From positions 1 to 64,000 of the IMG/VR virus record IMGVR_UViG_3300020463_000001: 64,000 bases of DNA; one strand, written 5' to 3'. The notes beneath the pieces are model-generated. The model saw only the letters and a list, made by a program, of their open reading frames with translations. It ran no database searches and was not told the origin of the DNA. Source of the DNA: a virus. Its lineage: Duplodnaviria > Caudoviricetes. Positions within the stretch are counted from its first letter, which is position 1. Each line of letters starts with the position of its first letter. Below, piece after piece: positions 34,824 through 43,427 of this stretch. The position numbers and the translations under genes were made by a program.

Positions 34824-34965
34824 TGAACGAGGTGGCTGCGGAACTATACCTTCCAGTTCTAAAATAAGGGTATAGGGTTGGTTGCCAAAAGACCGCGACA
34901 ACTGTGGGTGATAGAGACTTTCCTCTCTCCCTCATCAACGCTCTTGATCCCACATTGTCGCACTT
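34824..34965 (+). ncRNA. Candidate structured leader RNA/sRNA upstream of the guaC operon
   Basis: ctatacc/gggtatag hairpin; GCGACAA.TGTGGG/CCCACATTGTCGC stem. Confidence 0.45.
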
Positions 34966-34985
34966 ATTAATATATAGGAAATTCG

Positions 34986-35168
34986 ATGTCTGACGATGAT
35001 GATGGAAAGTATGAAGGGCCTGAAATGTCTGATGAAGAATTACTTCTCATCAAAATGGCGTTAGACTTAGTTGCGAAGAAGAGAGAAAGAAGAGAAAAAA
35101 ATAATGTCGTACATATTGAGAGATGGAGAGATAAGAACAAAAAAGACGAGCTCCCCGAAGAAAGATAG
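34986..35168 (+). CDS. Hypothetical charged protein
   Basis: ORF track. Confidence 0.6.
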   Translation: MSDDDDGKYEGPEMSDEELLLIKMALDLVAKKRERREKNNVVHIERWRDKNKKDELPEER

Positions 35169-35406
35169 ATTTAATTTAGAACAAGACATACAACAATGCT
35201 GGTTTATTACAGAAGATATTGATTTGCTCATGGAGTATATTCTTGAAAATCCGAAGTATCCTATGTCTCCCCAAGTAGAAGATTACGTCGCGAATAAGTT
35301 GCTGGGAATCCGAGAGTTGTATGAAATGAGATTTGAAAGATTGTGGGATACATTCCTGCAGTGTTATAAACTAACTCCCTACGGAGAGGATGTTAATGAT
35401 AATTGA
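35104..35406 (+). CDS. Hypothetical protein (DRFNLEQDIQQCW...D)
   Basis: ORF track; start uncertain. Confidence 0.6.
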   Translation: MSYILRDGEIRTKKTSSPKKDRFNLEQDIQQCWFITEDIDLLMEYILENPKYPMSPQVEDYVANKLLGIRELYEMRFERLWDTFLQCYKLTPYGEDVNDN

Positions 35407-36523
35407 TGAGACGTTGAAGTATGACTTCGATGATGTTTTGATTAGGCCTAAAAGGTCTGCCCTTAAGTCCAGAGAAGATGTAGATCTTTTTAGACTTCAC
35501 ACATTTAGGAACTATGAGGTTCCCTCACAATACGCTCCTAACTATCCAGAGTTTCTTAAGATAGAAGATTTTCCTTGTTGTCTAGGTCGAGAACCAAATC
35601 AAGAATTCCAGTATAAGGGAGTTCCGATAATGGCTGCGAATATGGATGGAGTTGGAACTATGAAGATGGCATCGACTCTATCTCATTCTGGAATATTTAC
35701 TTGTCTCAAGAAAAATTATAGTGCAGAAGAATTAATAAATTTCTTTAATGAAGAAACTCACCTAACGGAATGTGTCGCAGTAACCATTGGAATGACTCTA
35801 GAAGATAAAGAGAAGTTGGAACGAGTATATTCTGAAACAAAAATAAAGTATGTCTGTATTGATGTAGCAAATGGATATACGGAAAGTTTCTGTGACTATG
35901 TAGAAGATATTCGAAATACGTTTCCACACTTAGTTATCATCGCAGGCAATGTTGCAACTGCAGACCAAACTGGAGAACTGATTCTCAGAGGAGCGGATAT
36001 CGTCAAGGTCGGTATTGGGCCAGGATCTGTATGTACAACTAGAATTAAAACTGGAGTCGGGTATCCCCAGCTCTCCGCAATAATAGAATGTGCGGATGCC
36101 GCACATGGTTTGGGTGGCCATATTATTGCAGATGGTGGATGCCGCACTCCAGCAGATATTGCAAAGGCATTTTGCGCTGGTGCAGATTTTGTTATGGTCG
36201 GAGGAATGTTATCTGGTCATAAACAAGGTTTAGAAGATGACGCAGAAATAACTGATGGTAATATCACATTCTACGGAATGAGCTCCAAGACTGCAAATGA
36301 AACTCACAACGGCGGTCTCAAAGACTATCGTAGCGCAGAAGGAAGAGAAGTATTGATAAAGTATAGGGGAAATGTAGAACCTACCTTACATGACATTCTG
36401 GGGGGTCTGAGATCTACCTGTAGTTATATCGGAGCAAAGACACTCAAGGATATGTCCAAGTGCTGCACGTTCATCCGTACTACTCGACAATATAATACGG
36501 TGTATGAGCAAAACACCATATAA
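35390..36523 (+). CDS. guaC: GMP reductase
   Basis: YDFDDVLIRPKRS, PIMAANMDGVG, CIDVANGY, GIGPGSVCTTR, DGGC, FYGMSS, GGLRSTCSY.GA. Confidence 0.95.
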   Translation: MLMIIDETLKYDFDDVLIRPKRSALKSREDVDLFRLHTFRNYEVPSQYAPNYPEFLKIEDFPCCLGREPNQEFQYKGVPIMAANMDGVGTMKMASTLSHSGIFTCLKKNYSAEELINFFNEETHLTECVAVTIGMTLEDKEKLERVYSETKIKYVCIDVANGYTESFCDYVEDIRNTFPHLVIIAGNVATADQTGELILRGADIVKVGIGPGSVCTTRIKTGVGYPQLSAIIECADAAHGLGGHIIADGGCRTPADIAKAFCAGADFVMVGGMLSGHKQGLEDDAEITDGNITFYGMSSKTANETHNGGLKDYRSAEGREVLIKYRGNVEPTLHDILGGLRSTCSYIGAKTLKDMSKCCTFIRTTRQYNTVYEQNTI

Positions 36524-36526
36524 ATA
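36519..36526 (+). promoter_or_regulatory. T4 late promoter TATAAATA
   Basis: Exact consensus upstream of the fibre gene. Confidence 0.75.
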
Positions 36527-36543
36527 GTTCTTTAGGAATTATT

Positions 36544-38700
36544 ATGGCCGAAGCATATAACAACACCGTAACTACTTTACCAGAAATCACGGAAGATTTT
36601 TTCGCGTTTCTTGTTGTGCCTCCGGTCACATATTTTCGAAATCTTCAAACAACGGCAAGAGGGGTTTTGAGAGAAGACAGCTTTCTCAGAGTAACATCTA
36701 CTCAAGAAGAAGCAGAAAGTGTTAGAACATATCTGAAAGATAACTATGGCGTAGACACGCAAGTAGTTCCCCTCTCAGTAAATTTTAGAGAGGATTCAAA
36801 CGTGACATTATCACTAAAAAGATTAGTAGACGTAGAAGCAATAGATCGCGAACCAGATATCGGAGATTTAATCCAATACACTGGTAATCGCATGTTAATC
36901 CAAGGAGTAGATTCTCCAAGATATAATTTTGGAAGAATAGATACTCAATACGTCGATGAACATCCATCAAATTTATACTACACCAATTCCAGAGTCTCTT
37001 CTCATATAGGAACAACGTCACTAGATACTTTAACTCCAGATGAAGGTGATAACTCGACTAAAGTTGCAACAACGCAATATACTGATAGAGCAATCGCTAG
37101 TCTGATAGATTCTGCTCCGTCTACACTAGATACACTCAATGAACTCGCAGCAGCAATTAATGATGATGCGGATTTCCATACAACGGTATTGAGTGCGAAT
37201 GCAGCACTTCAGACTGAATTGGATACTACTCAGGCGGGGGCTGGTTTAACCGGAACCGGATTATACGAAGAAGATTCTAATACAACCTATCTTCGAGCCG
37301 CATCATCACTAAAGAATGCCGATTCTCTTTTAGATTCAGCATTATTTTCAATAGCGCAAGATTTAGATAGGACGCAAGCATCCGTTGGTTTAGATAGTGA
37401 CGGGGCTTTCATTTCTTTCTCAGATACTAATTACATAGATACTGCAACGACGATGAAAGATGCGGATGAGAAATTAGATGCACAGGCGAAAGTAAACGAA
37501 GATGCAATCGCAAACGAAGCGGTAACAAGGCAAAATGCGGATAGTGGGTTACAGATAGAATTAGATACAACTCAATCCGGAGCAGGACTAAGTGTATCTG
37601 GCCAATATTTCGCAAATAATTCTAGTACTCATTTGACCGCAGCAACGAGTCTCAAAGATGCGGATAATAAACTTGATGCCGCGTTGGTACAAGAAACTTC
37701 TGACAGAGCATCTGCAGATACTACCTTACAAACTAATATAGATTCCGAGGCATCTACAAGAGCATCTGCAGACACCGCATTGGATACTAGAATAGATAAT
37801 CTCCACGCAGTCGCAAGCTCTGGAAGTTACAATGATCTAATTAATAAACCAAGTCTGTTCTCTGGATCTTATAATGACTTGTCCAATAAACCAAGTTTGT
37901 TCTCTGGATCTTATAATGACTTGTCCAATAAACCAAGTTTATTCTCCGGTAACTATAGTGACTTGTCCAGTAAACCAAGTCTTTTCTCTGGATCTTATAA
38001 TGACTTGACCGATGTTCCCGCTGGAACAGACCTAACTGGTTATGCCACAGAAACATATGTCAATACTGCAGTTTCTAATTTAGTAGACTCTGCCCCTTCC
38101 GCACTAAACACATTGAATGAACTGGCAGCGGCACTGGGAGATGATTCTAACTTTAGCACAACAATAACAAATGCCCTTGCAAACAAAGCAAATACTTCAG
38201 ATATTTTTTCTGGCAACTATAATGACTTATCTAATAAACCATCTATTCCATCCGCATATAGTTTGCCAACTGCATCTAGTAGTACAAAGGGGGGTATTAC
38301 TACCAACTATACAACAAACGGAAAAAATTACGCAGTCCAGATGTCTGGTACAAACGCATATGTAAATGTTCCTTGGGTTTCTTCTACTGGTGGCGGTTTC
38401 TCTGGTGCGTATGCAGATCTTACCGGAAAACCTACTATCCCTACAAATAACAATCAACTGACAAATGGTGCTGGATATATTACTTCATCAAGTATCCCAT
38501 CAGTTCCCACGCACACTAGTCATTTGACTAATAATTCTGGATTTATTACTGCATCAAGTATCCCATCAGTTCCTACAAATAACAATCAACTAACAAATGG
38601 TGCTGGGTATATTTCTTCGATCCCTGCAGCCACTTCCCAAGCATTGGGTGGAGTCAAAGTATCATTCAGTAATGGCAATCTGTATATTTCGACAACATAA
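36544..38700 (+). CDS. Tail fibre-like protein with coiled coil and SGSYNDL repeats
   Basis: Two DSAPxxLxTLNELAAA motifs; SGSYNDLSNKP repeats; LTNGAGYIT repeats; ATTSxxGG motif. Confidence 0.8.
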   Translation: MAEAYNNTVTTLPEITEDFFAFLVVPPVTYFRNLQTTARGVLREDSFLRVTSTQEEAESVRTYLKDNYGVDTQVVPLSVNFREDSNVTLSLKRLVDVEAIDREPDIGDLIQYTGNRMLIQGVDSPRYNFGRIDTQYVDEHPSNLYYTNSRVSSHIGTTSLDTLTPDEGDNSTKVATTQYTDRAIASLIDSAPSTLDTLNELAAAINDDADFHTTVLSANAALQTELDTTQAGAGLTGTGLYEEDSNTTYLRAASSLKNADSLLDSALFSIAQDLDRTQASVGLDSDGAFISFSDTNYIDTATTMKDADEKLDAQAKVNEDAIANEAVTRQNADSGLQIELDTTQSGAGLSVSGQYFANNSSTHLTAATSLKDADNKLDAALVQETSDRASADTTLQTNIDSEASTRASADTALDTRIDNLHAVASSGSYNDLINKPSLFSGSYNDLSNKPSLFSGSYNDLSNKPSLFSGNYSDLSSKPSLFSGSYNDLTDVPAGTDLTGYATETYVNTAVSNLVDSAPSALNTLNELAAALGDDSNFSTTITNALANKANTSDIFSGNYNDLSNKPSIPSAYSLPTASSSTKGGITTNYTTNGKNYAVQMSGTNAYVNVPWVSSTGGGFSGAYADLTGKPTIPTNNNQLTNGAGYITSSSIPSVPTHTSHLTNNSGFITASSIPSVPTNNNQLTNGAGYISSIPAATSQALGGVKVSFSNGNLYISTT
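37819..38010 (+). repeat. 42-bp coding tandem repeat (SGSYNDLSNKPSLF, about 4.5 copies)
   Basis: Units start at 37819, 37861, 37903, 37945 and 37987. Confidence 0.9.
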
Positions 38701-39368
38701 TGACTAAATTTCATTATAATAACGGAGTACCTACTAATGTTTACTACAATAACCAAGTGGTAAATAAAGTATTCTATACAGACGCAAATGGAAACAATAC
38801 CGAAGTGTGGCCATTAACTCCTGCTACCCCGACTACTCCTGTTGCCCCGACTACTTCAATTGGAACTGCATTGACTGAGGTAGAAGTAACCTCAACTGGA
38901 TCGGGTCAACCTTTTATGCGAATTATTGTGAATTTTTTGGAGAATGGATTTATAGAAATTCGATCTCAGGAAGTAACCGCAATATCTGGTCATTCATTAA
39001 ATACAACTCCGATGCACTCTTCGTCTATTGGATACAGCGAACCTGATCCAACAATGTTTATTCAAGAATCGATTCTTCGAGAATTTAAGTGGACAACATC
39101 CGCAGCATCTAGTTTTTCTGGTTATCAATTTAAGTGCAGCGATAACCAAGGTACGGGATCTTCTTTGACTGAAGGCGGAGTTCTATCTAACTTCGATAAT
39201 TATTATACCTACGCTTACCAAGGCCCAGGCACGTTGGGATTTGTGCAGCTTAGGTTAGATAAAAACGGAATGGGCGATGCATCAAACACACATAAGTTTA
39301 CAATAAAAGATCCAACTGGAAATGAGGCTTCATTTAGTATTGATTTTTCAATTGAGATATCAGCATAA
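38700..39368 (+). CDS. Putative virion/fibre-associated protein
   Basis: Coupled to the fibre gene; N-terminal VYYNNQVV.KVFY motif; beta-rich. Confidence 0.55.
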   Translation: MTKFHYNNGVPTNVYYNNQVVNKVFYTDANGNNTEVWPLTPATPTTPVAPTTSIGTALTEVEVTSTGSGQPFMRIIVNFLENGFIEIRSQEVTAISGHSLNTTPMHSSSIGYSEPDPTMFIQESILREFKWTTSAASSFSGYQFKCSDNQGTGSSLTEGGVLSNFDNYYTYAYQGPGTLGFVQLRLDKNGMGDASNTHKFTIKDPTGNEASFSIDFSIEISA

Positions 39369-39395
39369 ATAGTTTTTTAATCGGAGGATTATAAT

Positions 39396-39848
39396 ATGGG
39401 ATTTAATTTATCATCAAGATCATTGAAGAGACTAGACGGAGTTGATCCGGATTTAGTCCAAGTAGTAAAATATGCAATCAAAGAAACCAAGATTGATTTT
39501 GGAGTCATCGAAGGTGTCCGTTCTATTCAGAAACAAGAAGAACTGGTTGCTGCTGGTGCATCACAAACAATGAAGTCAAAACACCTAGAAGGTCGCGCAG
39601 TCGATCTCATGGCTTATATCGGTAGTCGCGGAAGTTGGGAACTCAATGTCTATGATGAAATCGCAGACGCAATGAAAATCGGTGCGGAGAAAGTTGGTGT
39701 TGCGATTCGTTGGGGTGCTGCATGGACTATCAGTGATATCGGTGACTGGGATGGAACGATGGAAGATGCGATGAACTCTTACATCGATACGAGACGATCT
39801 CAGGGTAGAAGACCGTTCATTGATGCCCCTCACTTTGAGTTAATGTAG
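39396..39848 (+). CDS. M15-family peptidoglycan endopeptidase (endolysin)
   Basis: SSRSLKRLDGVDPDL, GVRS..KQ, SKHLEGRAVDL, DAPHFEL; CATAAATA at 39364. Confidence 0.9.
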   Translation: MGFNLSSRSLKRLDGVDPDLVQVVKYAIKETKIDFGVIEGVRSIQKQEELVAAGASQTMKSKHLEGRAVDLMAYIGSRGSWELNVYDEIADAMKIGAEKVGVAIRWGAAWTISDIGDWDGTMEDAMNSYIDTRRSQGRRPFIDAPHFELM

Positions 39849-39851
39849 GGA

Positions 39852-39908
39852 CTGTCATAATTCTGTAACATTTTTTTATATATAGTATAGTTGTCACAAT
39901 TTTGTAAC
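39852..39908 (+). promoter_or_regulatory. Two Pho-box-like direct-repeat sites flanking a TATAGT -10
   Basis: CTGTCAT-AATT-CTGTAAC (39852-69) and TTGTCAC-AATT-TTGTAAC (39891-908); 11-bp period. Confidence 0.6.
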
Positions 39909-39928
39909 AATTATATTAGGAGTAAAAA

Positions 39929-40012
39929 ATGTCTAATGTTGCCCTGCTACGGATTCTCAGTCCAATTGCACTTTTTATGGTGTCACCATTCATCTGCGCG
40001 ATGGTATTATAG
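39929..40012 (+). CDS. 27-aa hydrophobic peptide (MSNVALLRILSPIALFMVSPFICAMVL)
   Basis: AGGAG RBS; directly downstream of the Pho-like boxes. Confidence 0.55.
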   Translation: MSNVALLRILSPIALFMVSPFICAMVL

Positions 40013-40030
40013 TTATATCAACTATCACTC

Positions 40031-40049
40031 TTAGACCAAATCGGTCTAA
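40031..40049. promoter_or_regulatory. 19-bp palindromic box TTAGACCAAATCGGTCTAA (copy 3)
   Basis: Same consensus. Confidence 0.7.
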
Positions 40050-40077
40050 AAAAACTTAAATTATTTTCAAAAAGTCC

Positions 40078-40106
40078 TTGACATTATCTCTCAAATCATT
40101 CATAAT
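40078..40106 (+). promoter_or_regulatory. sigma70-type early promoter
   Basis: TTGACA-17-CATAAT. Confidence 0.75.
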
Positions 40107-40138
40107 ATACCCAAGTTAGTTGATTTGAGAGATAAAAT

Positions 40139-40432
40139 ATGCGAATGAAAGGTATTCCAGAACTTCCCCAATCGATGATAAATCAGATGACTCGTAAAGA
40201 GGCTTCTCGGATTGTCAATCGATTCGGTGGATTCGAAGGTGCCTCCAATGGTTCCTATGAGATGCGCCTTAAGTATCTGATGTTGTGCGATAAGTACGGC
40301 GAAGAAAGTGAAAAGGTCGATGACTGGATCATGTACTGGAGGCGCGAACTCAACGCACTCATCAAGCTTCACACTCCCAGAACTCTTTGGGAAAAGATGC
40401 TTTCTAAAATTGGTATTCACATCAAGATATAA
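40139..40432 (+). CDS. Hypothetical early protein
   Basis: ORF track. Confidence 0.65.
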   Translation: MRMKGIPELPQSMINQMTRKEASRIVNRFGGFEGASNGSYEMRLKYLMLCDKYGEESEKVDDWIMYWRRELNALIKLHTPRTLWEKMLSKIGIHIKI

Positions 40433-40442
40433 GGAGACTTTT

Positions 40443-40796
40443 ATGGGTTATACCGCAAGCTTTGTGACTGGTCAGACTGGTCACTATTCAATCCAAGAGA
40501 TCGATGGTGATCTCTTTGACCTCACCAATATGCAAGTAGGAGAGATTGGAACTAAGTTCGAACTTCCCGAAATGAAGTTTTTCAAGTCGGTTCAGTTAAA
40601 TGAACTGATCAGTGTCACCAAGGCGTGGGCTGAATCTTGGAATCTTCTTGCAACCAAGGTTATGGAAGAGGGTGTGGAGTTGACTGAAACTGTCGAACTC
40701 TATCGCGAAGCTTCTTCCGGAACCAGAGGTTGGAAGTGCATCGAATTTGGCGGAGTCAAGTACGCCATCAAGAGTGGAAAGTACCTTATCTTATGA
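40443..40796 (+). CDS. Hypothetical early protein
   Basis: Start moved to ATG 40443 (AAGGAG RBS). Confidence 0.65.
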   Translation: MGYTASFVTGQTGHYSIQEIDGDLFDLTNMQVGEIGTKFELPEMKFFKSVQLNELISVTKAWAESWNLLATKVMEEGVELTETVELYREASSGTRGWKCIEFGGVKYAIKSGKYLIL

Positions 40797-41011
40797 GGAA
40801 GTTTCCCACTGATCTAGATCTCTATGAAGAATATAGAGATTTTGATCAACCGCCTAGTGCTGTGGATGACGCAGCACAGGCGATGATGGAGTCTGCGACT
40901 CCAGAAGAGGAAGAAGAATTGCCCACTTGGGGTGAGATCATGAGAGATTCAGAAACGTGGCCAATACTTGCTGTTATAGTATTGACTTTAATTTTAAACT
41001 TTACTTGGTAG
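40793..41011 (+). CDS. Acidic protein with C-terminal TM
   Basis: Start moved to ATG 40793. Confidence 0.6.
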   Translation: MRKFPTDLDLYEEYRDFDQPPSAVDDAAQAMMESATPEEEEELPTWGEIMRDSETWPILAVIVLTLILNFTW

Positions 41012-41014
41012 AAC

Positions 41015-41230
41015 ATGAGATATCGACAAGAAATAACGGAATGGGATGAGAGTGACGGAAAAGTTTCTAACCACATCTACATCACATCAGGCAGTTCTCT
41101 AATGGGGTATATCCCAGTAGGAACTAAAACTCCTAAATATTTTTCAAAGCCACCATCCAATTGGAGTGTTTCGCGAAGAAAATTTAGGGATCTTACCAAA
41201 AAGGAATTACTGGAGTTGGACTTAGATTAA
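41015..41230 (+). CDS. Hypothetical protein (NHIYI...F.KP...W...RRKF)
   Basis: ORF track; motif common in T4-like marine phages. Confidence 0.65.
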   Translation: MRYRQEITEWDESDGKVSNHIYITSGSSLMGYIPVGTKTPKYFSKPPSNWSVSRRKFRDLTKKELLELDLD

Positions 41231-41240
41231 AATAATCTAA
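41222..41240. promoter_or_regulatory. 19-bp palindromic box TTAGATTAAAATAATCTAA (copy 4)
   Basis: Same consensus. Confidence 0.7.
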
Positions 41241-41248
41241 AAAAAGTC

Positions 41249-41277
41249 TTGACTCGACTCTCAATATATGAGAGAAT
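41249..41277 (+). promoter_or_regulatory. sigma70-type early promoter
   Basis: TTGACT-17-GAGAAT with TG extension. Confidence 0.6.
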
Positions 41278-41309
41278 AGCTCAGTAAGTTGATAGAGAGA
41301 TCCAAAAAT

Positions 41310-41753
41310 ATGTCCAATGTTTATTCTGTAAGAGGCGGCCTGAAAGGTGAATCTGAGATCGCTAGGATTACAGTTGAATGGTGTGCAAAAAAACTTCTTT
41401 CAAGATTCAGAACTCTTGATATTGAAGTCATCTTTAAAAATTTTGCAGACGGAACTCATGCAGAATGTCATCATATCGACAAAAATGAGTTTGAGATTCG
41501 TATCCAGAAAGGTATGAAAATCTTTGATTTGATATCTGCACTTTGTCATGAAATGGTTCATGTTAAACAGTACGCTCGTAAGGAATTGCGAGATGTTTAT
41601 GATGGCCCTTGGCACGTTGGAACGATGTGGAAAAAGTCTCCGAAAAACTGGGATAACGTCGAGTACATGGAACAACCTTGGGAAAAGGAGGCATATCGAT
41701 TGGAAGTGCCTTTAGCAATGGAGTGTTTTTGTGAAGCACACTCTGATTTCTAG
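41310..41753 (+). CDS. HExxH zinc metallopeptidase-like protein
   Basis: ALCHEMVHVKQY ... QPWEKEAY. Confidence 0.75.
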   Translation: MSNVYSVRGGLKGESEIARITVEWCAKKLLSRFRTLDIEVIFKNFADGTHAECHHIDKNEFEIRIQKGMKIFDLISALCHEMVHVKQYARKELRDVYDGPWHVGTMWKKSPKNWDNVEYMEQPWEKEAYRLEVPLAMECFCEAHSDF

Positions 41754-41763
41754 GAGAGAAAAT

Positions 41764-41928
41764 ATGACAGGTTTCGATGAATGGGTACTGATTATGTACA
41801 ACGAGAACTGCAAAGAAAGAATGCATTATCAACTTCCGCGTTTTGAAAGACTTCAAGATTATATTGAGGCAAATAAAGAGTTTTTGGAAAAGAAATATCA
41901 GGAGATCCTTGATGCGAAAACCCCATAA
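41764..41928 (+). CDS. Hypothetical protein
   Basis: AGGAG RBS; start moved to 41764. Confidence 0.55.
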   Translation: MTGFDEWVLIMYNENCKERMHYQLPRFERLQDYIEANKEFLEKKYQEILDAKTP

Positions 41929-42469
41929 TTATTATGTAGCAATCTATGCAACCATAATCTTTGCAACTGTTTTCATAACAAATGCGGTTCATGGTGCGGA
42001 GTTAATCGAAGCAGAAGTTATATCTTCTGAGCCCGTATATTACGAAGTGGTTAATAAAAGACCACAAAGAATATGTAGGGATGTTTTGGTTCCTATTGAA
42101 AGATATCGTTCTGGTGGCGGAAGAATCGGTCAATCTGTAGAACGTGAATTCGGGTCTACGGGGGGTCTAGTTGGCGCTGTAATAGGTGGCGGTTTGGGGA
42201 GTAGAGTTGGTGAGGGTAAAGGTAAAGTCCTTGCTACGATCACTGGAGTCGTTATAGGTGCCCGTGTTGGAGATAGGGTAGAACAAAATCGCAGAGAAAG
42301 GAACGCAGAATACAAAACTGTGAACCATTGCGAGACTGTTTTTACTGAAGAAGTATTTCAGAAAGTGGACTACTATAGAGTTACTGTAGAGGTAGACGGA
42401 ATGTATACTACTACTAACTCCAAGAGGCAGCCAGGAGTTGGAAGCAAGATTAAGGTACTAATGAAATAA
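41912..42469 (+). CDS. Glycine-zipper 2TM domain exported protein
   Basis: GLVGAVIGGGLGSRVGEGKGKVLATITGVVIGARVG; signal peptide. Confidence 0.8.
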   Translation: MRKPHNYYVAIYATIIFATVFITNAVHGAELIEAEVISSEPVYYEVVNKRPQRICRDVLVPIERYRSGGGRIGQSVEREFGSTGGLVGAVIGGGLGSRVGEGKGKVLATITGVVIGARVGDRVEQNRRERNAEYKTVNHCETVFTEEVFQKVDYYRVTVEVDGMYTTTNSKRQPGVGSKIKVLMK

Positions 42470-42894
42470 TGTTTGGACGGAAAAGAATTATAATGGATAG
42501 GGACAATGTACGTCCCTATATGATCCGGTGGCAATTGATAAAAGATAAAACCAGTACCTTGGGAGAAAGCAGGGATTTGAAGTTTAACATTTATCTTCAT
42601 AAGATTATGTTATCTGATGAGCCGGTTCTTCACGATCATCCTTGGGATTACTTCACATTCATTCTCTGGGGCGGATACTGGGAACATACACCAGAAGGAA
42701 AATTCTGGAGAGGGACAGGTCATTGGAGATTTGCCAAAGCAGAATCTTTACACTGGATAGAAATTCCGGAAGGATCTTACGCACTGAGTCTCTTTATGAG
42801 AACTAAGAAAACTCGCACTTGGGGGTTTAATACCAACAAGGGATGGGTGGACTATAAAAAATATTTAACAGAGCGAGCAACAAATGGGTCTTGA
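42469..42894 (+). CDS. Cupin-fold protein
   Basis: YLHKI..SD..LHDHPW.Y.TFILWGGYWE. Confidence 0.7.
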   Translation: MFGRKRIIMDRDNVRPYMIRWQLIKDKTSTLGESRDLKFNIYLHKIMLSDEPVLHDHPWDYFTFILWGGYWEHTPEGKFWRGTGHWRFAKAESLHWIEIPEGSYALSLFMRTKKTRTWGFNTNKGWVDYKKYLTERATNGS

Positions 42895-43093
42895 GTACGC
42901 AGAAAAAAATTGGAATACATTAACTCAGTTGATAAAACAAATTGAGTCAGATGGAAAGGAGAAGATTAAAGATTATACTGGAATGCATATAATCACAAAT
43001 AAGTTTACTTATGGTCTTGTTCATGGCCGTCTTAGTGTATATGACAAGAAAGACAATTTACTCAATCCCATAGTCGGTGATCCTTTGGAGTGA
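42884..43093 (+). CDS. Hypothetical protein
   Basis: ORF track. Confidence 0.6.
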   Translation: MGLEYAEKNWNTLTQLIKQIESDGKEKIKDYTGMHIITNKFTYGLVHGRLSVYDKKDNLLNPIVGDPLE

Positions 43094-43151
43094 TTTTGGA
43101 TCGGGGTGTTGTTTCCACGCAACACTAGAAAGGTGAATAAACATCAAAATT

Positions 43152-43427
43152 ATGTTCACATTTCACACTATTTTTACCTCCTTATTTATAAATAATTTCG
43201 TTACTCAGAGTAACGAAGTGACGTTACACAAAGTAACTCAACCCTATGTCTTAAAGGAGGCAAAAAATAAAACAAGAATGAGAAATATTGAGGAAAATCT
43301 GGTAAGTCAACAATCTAACAGTTGGATTTTCACAGATAATTTCGGAAGAAAGTTAGAATATTTTATGTATATCGCGATTGGGTTTGGCCCATCTATCGCC
43401 GCGTTACACGCGCTAGGAAATATGTAA
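43152..43427 (+). CDS. Hypothetical protein with C-terminal TM (true start probably internal)
   Basis: ORF track; promoter lies inside the annotated 5' part. Confidence 0.4.
   Translation: MFTFHTIFTSLFINNFVTQSNEVTLHKVTQPYVLKEAKNKTRMRNIEENLVSQQSNSWIFTDNFGRKLEYFMYIAIGFGPSIAALHALGNM
43183..43194. promoter_or_regulatory. Palindromic bidirectional late promoter TATTTATAAATA
   Basis: TATAAATA on both strands. Confidence 0.55.

Noticed and set aside
37819-38010. 42-bp repeats as a CRISPR array
   Set aside because: In-frame coding repeats with synonymous changes and no spacers.
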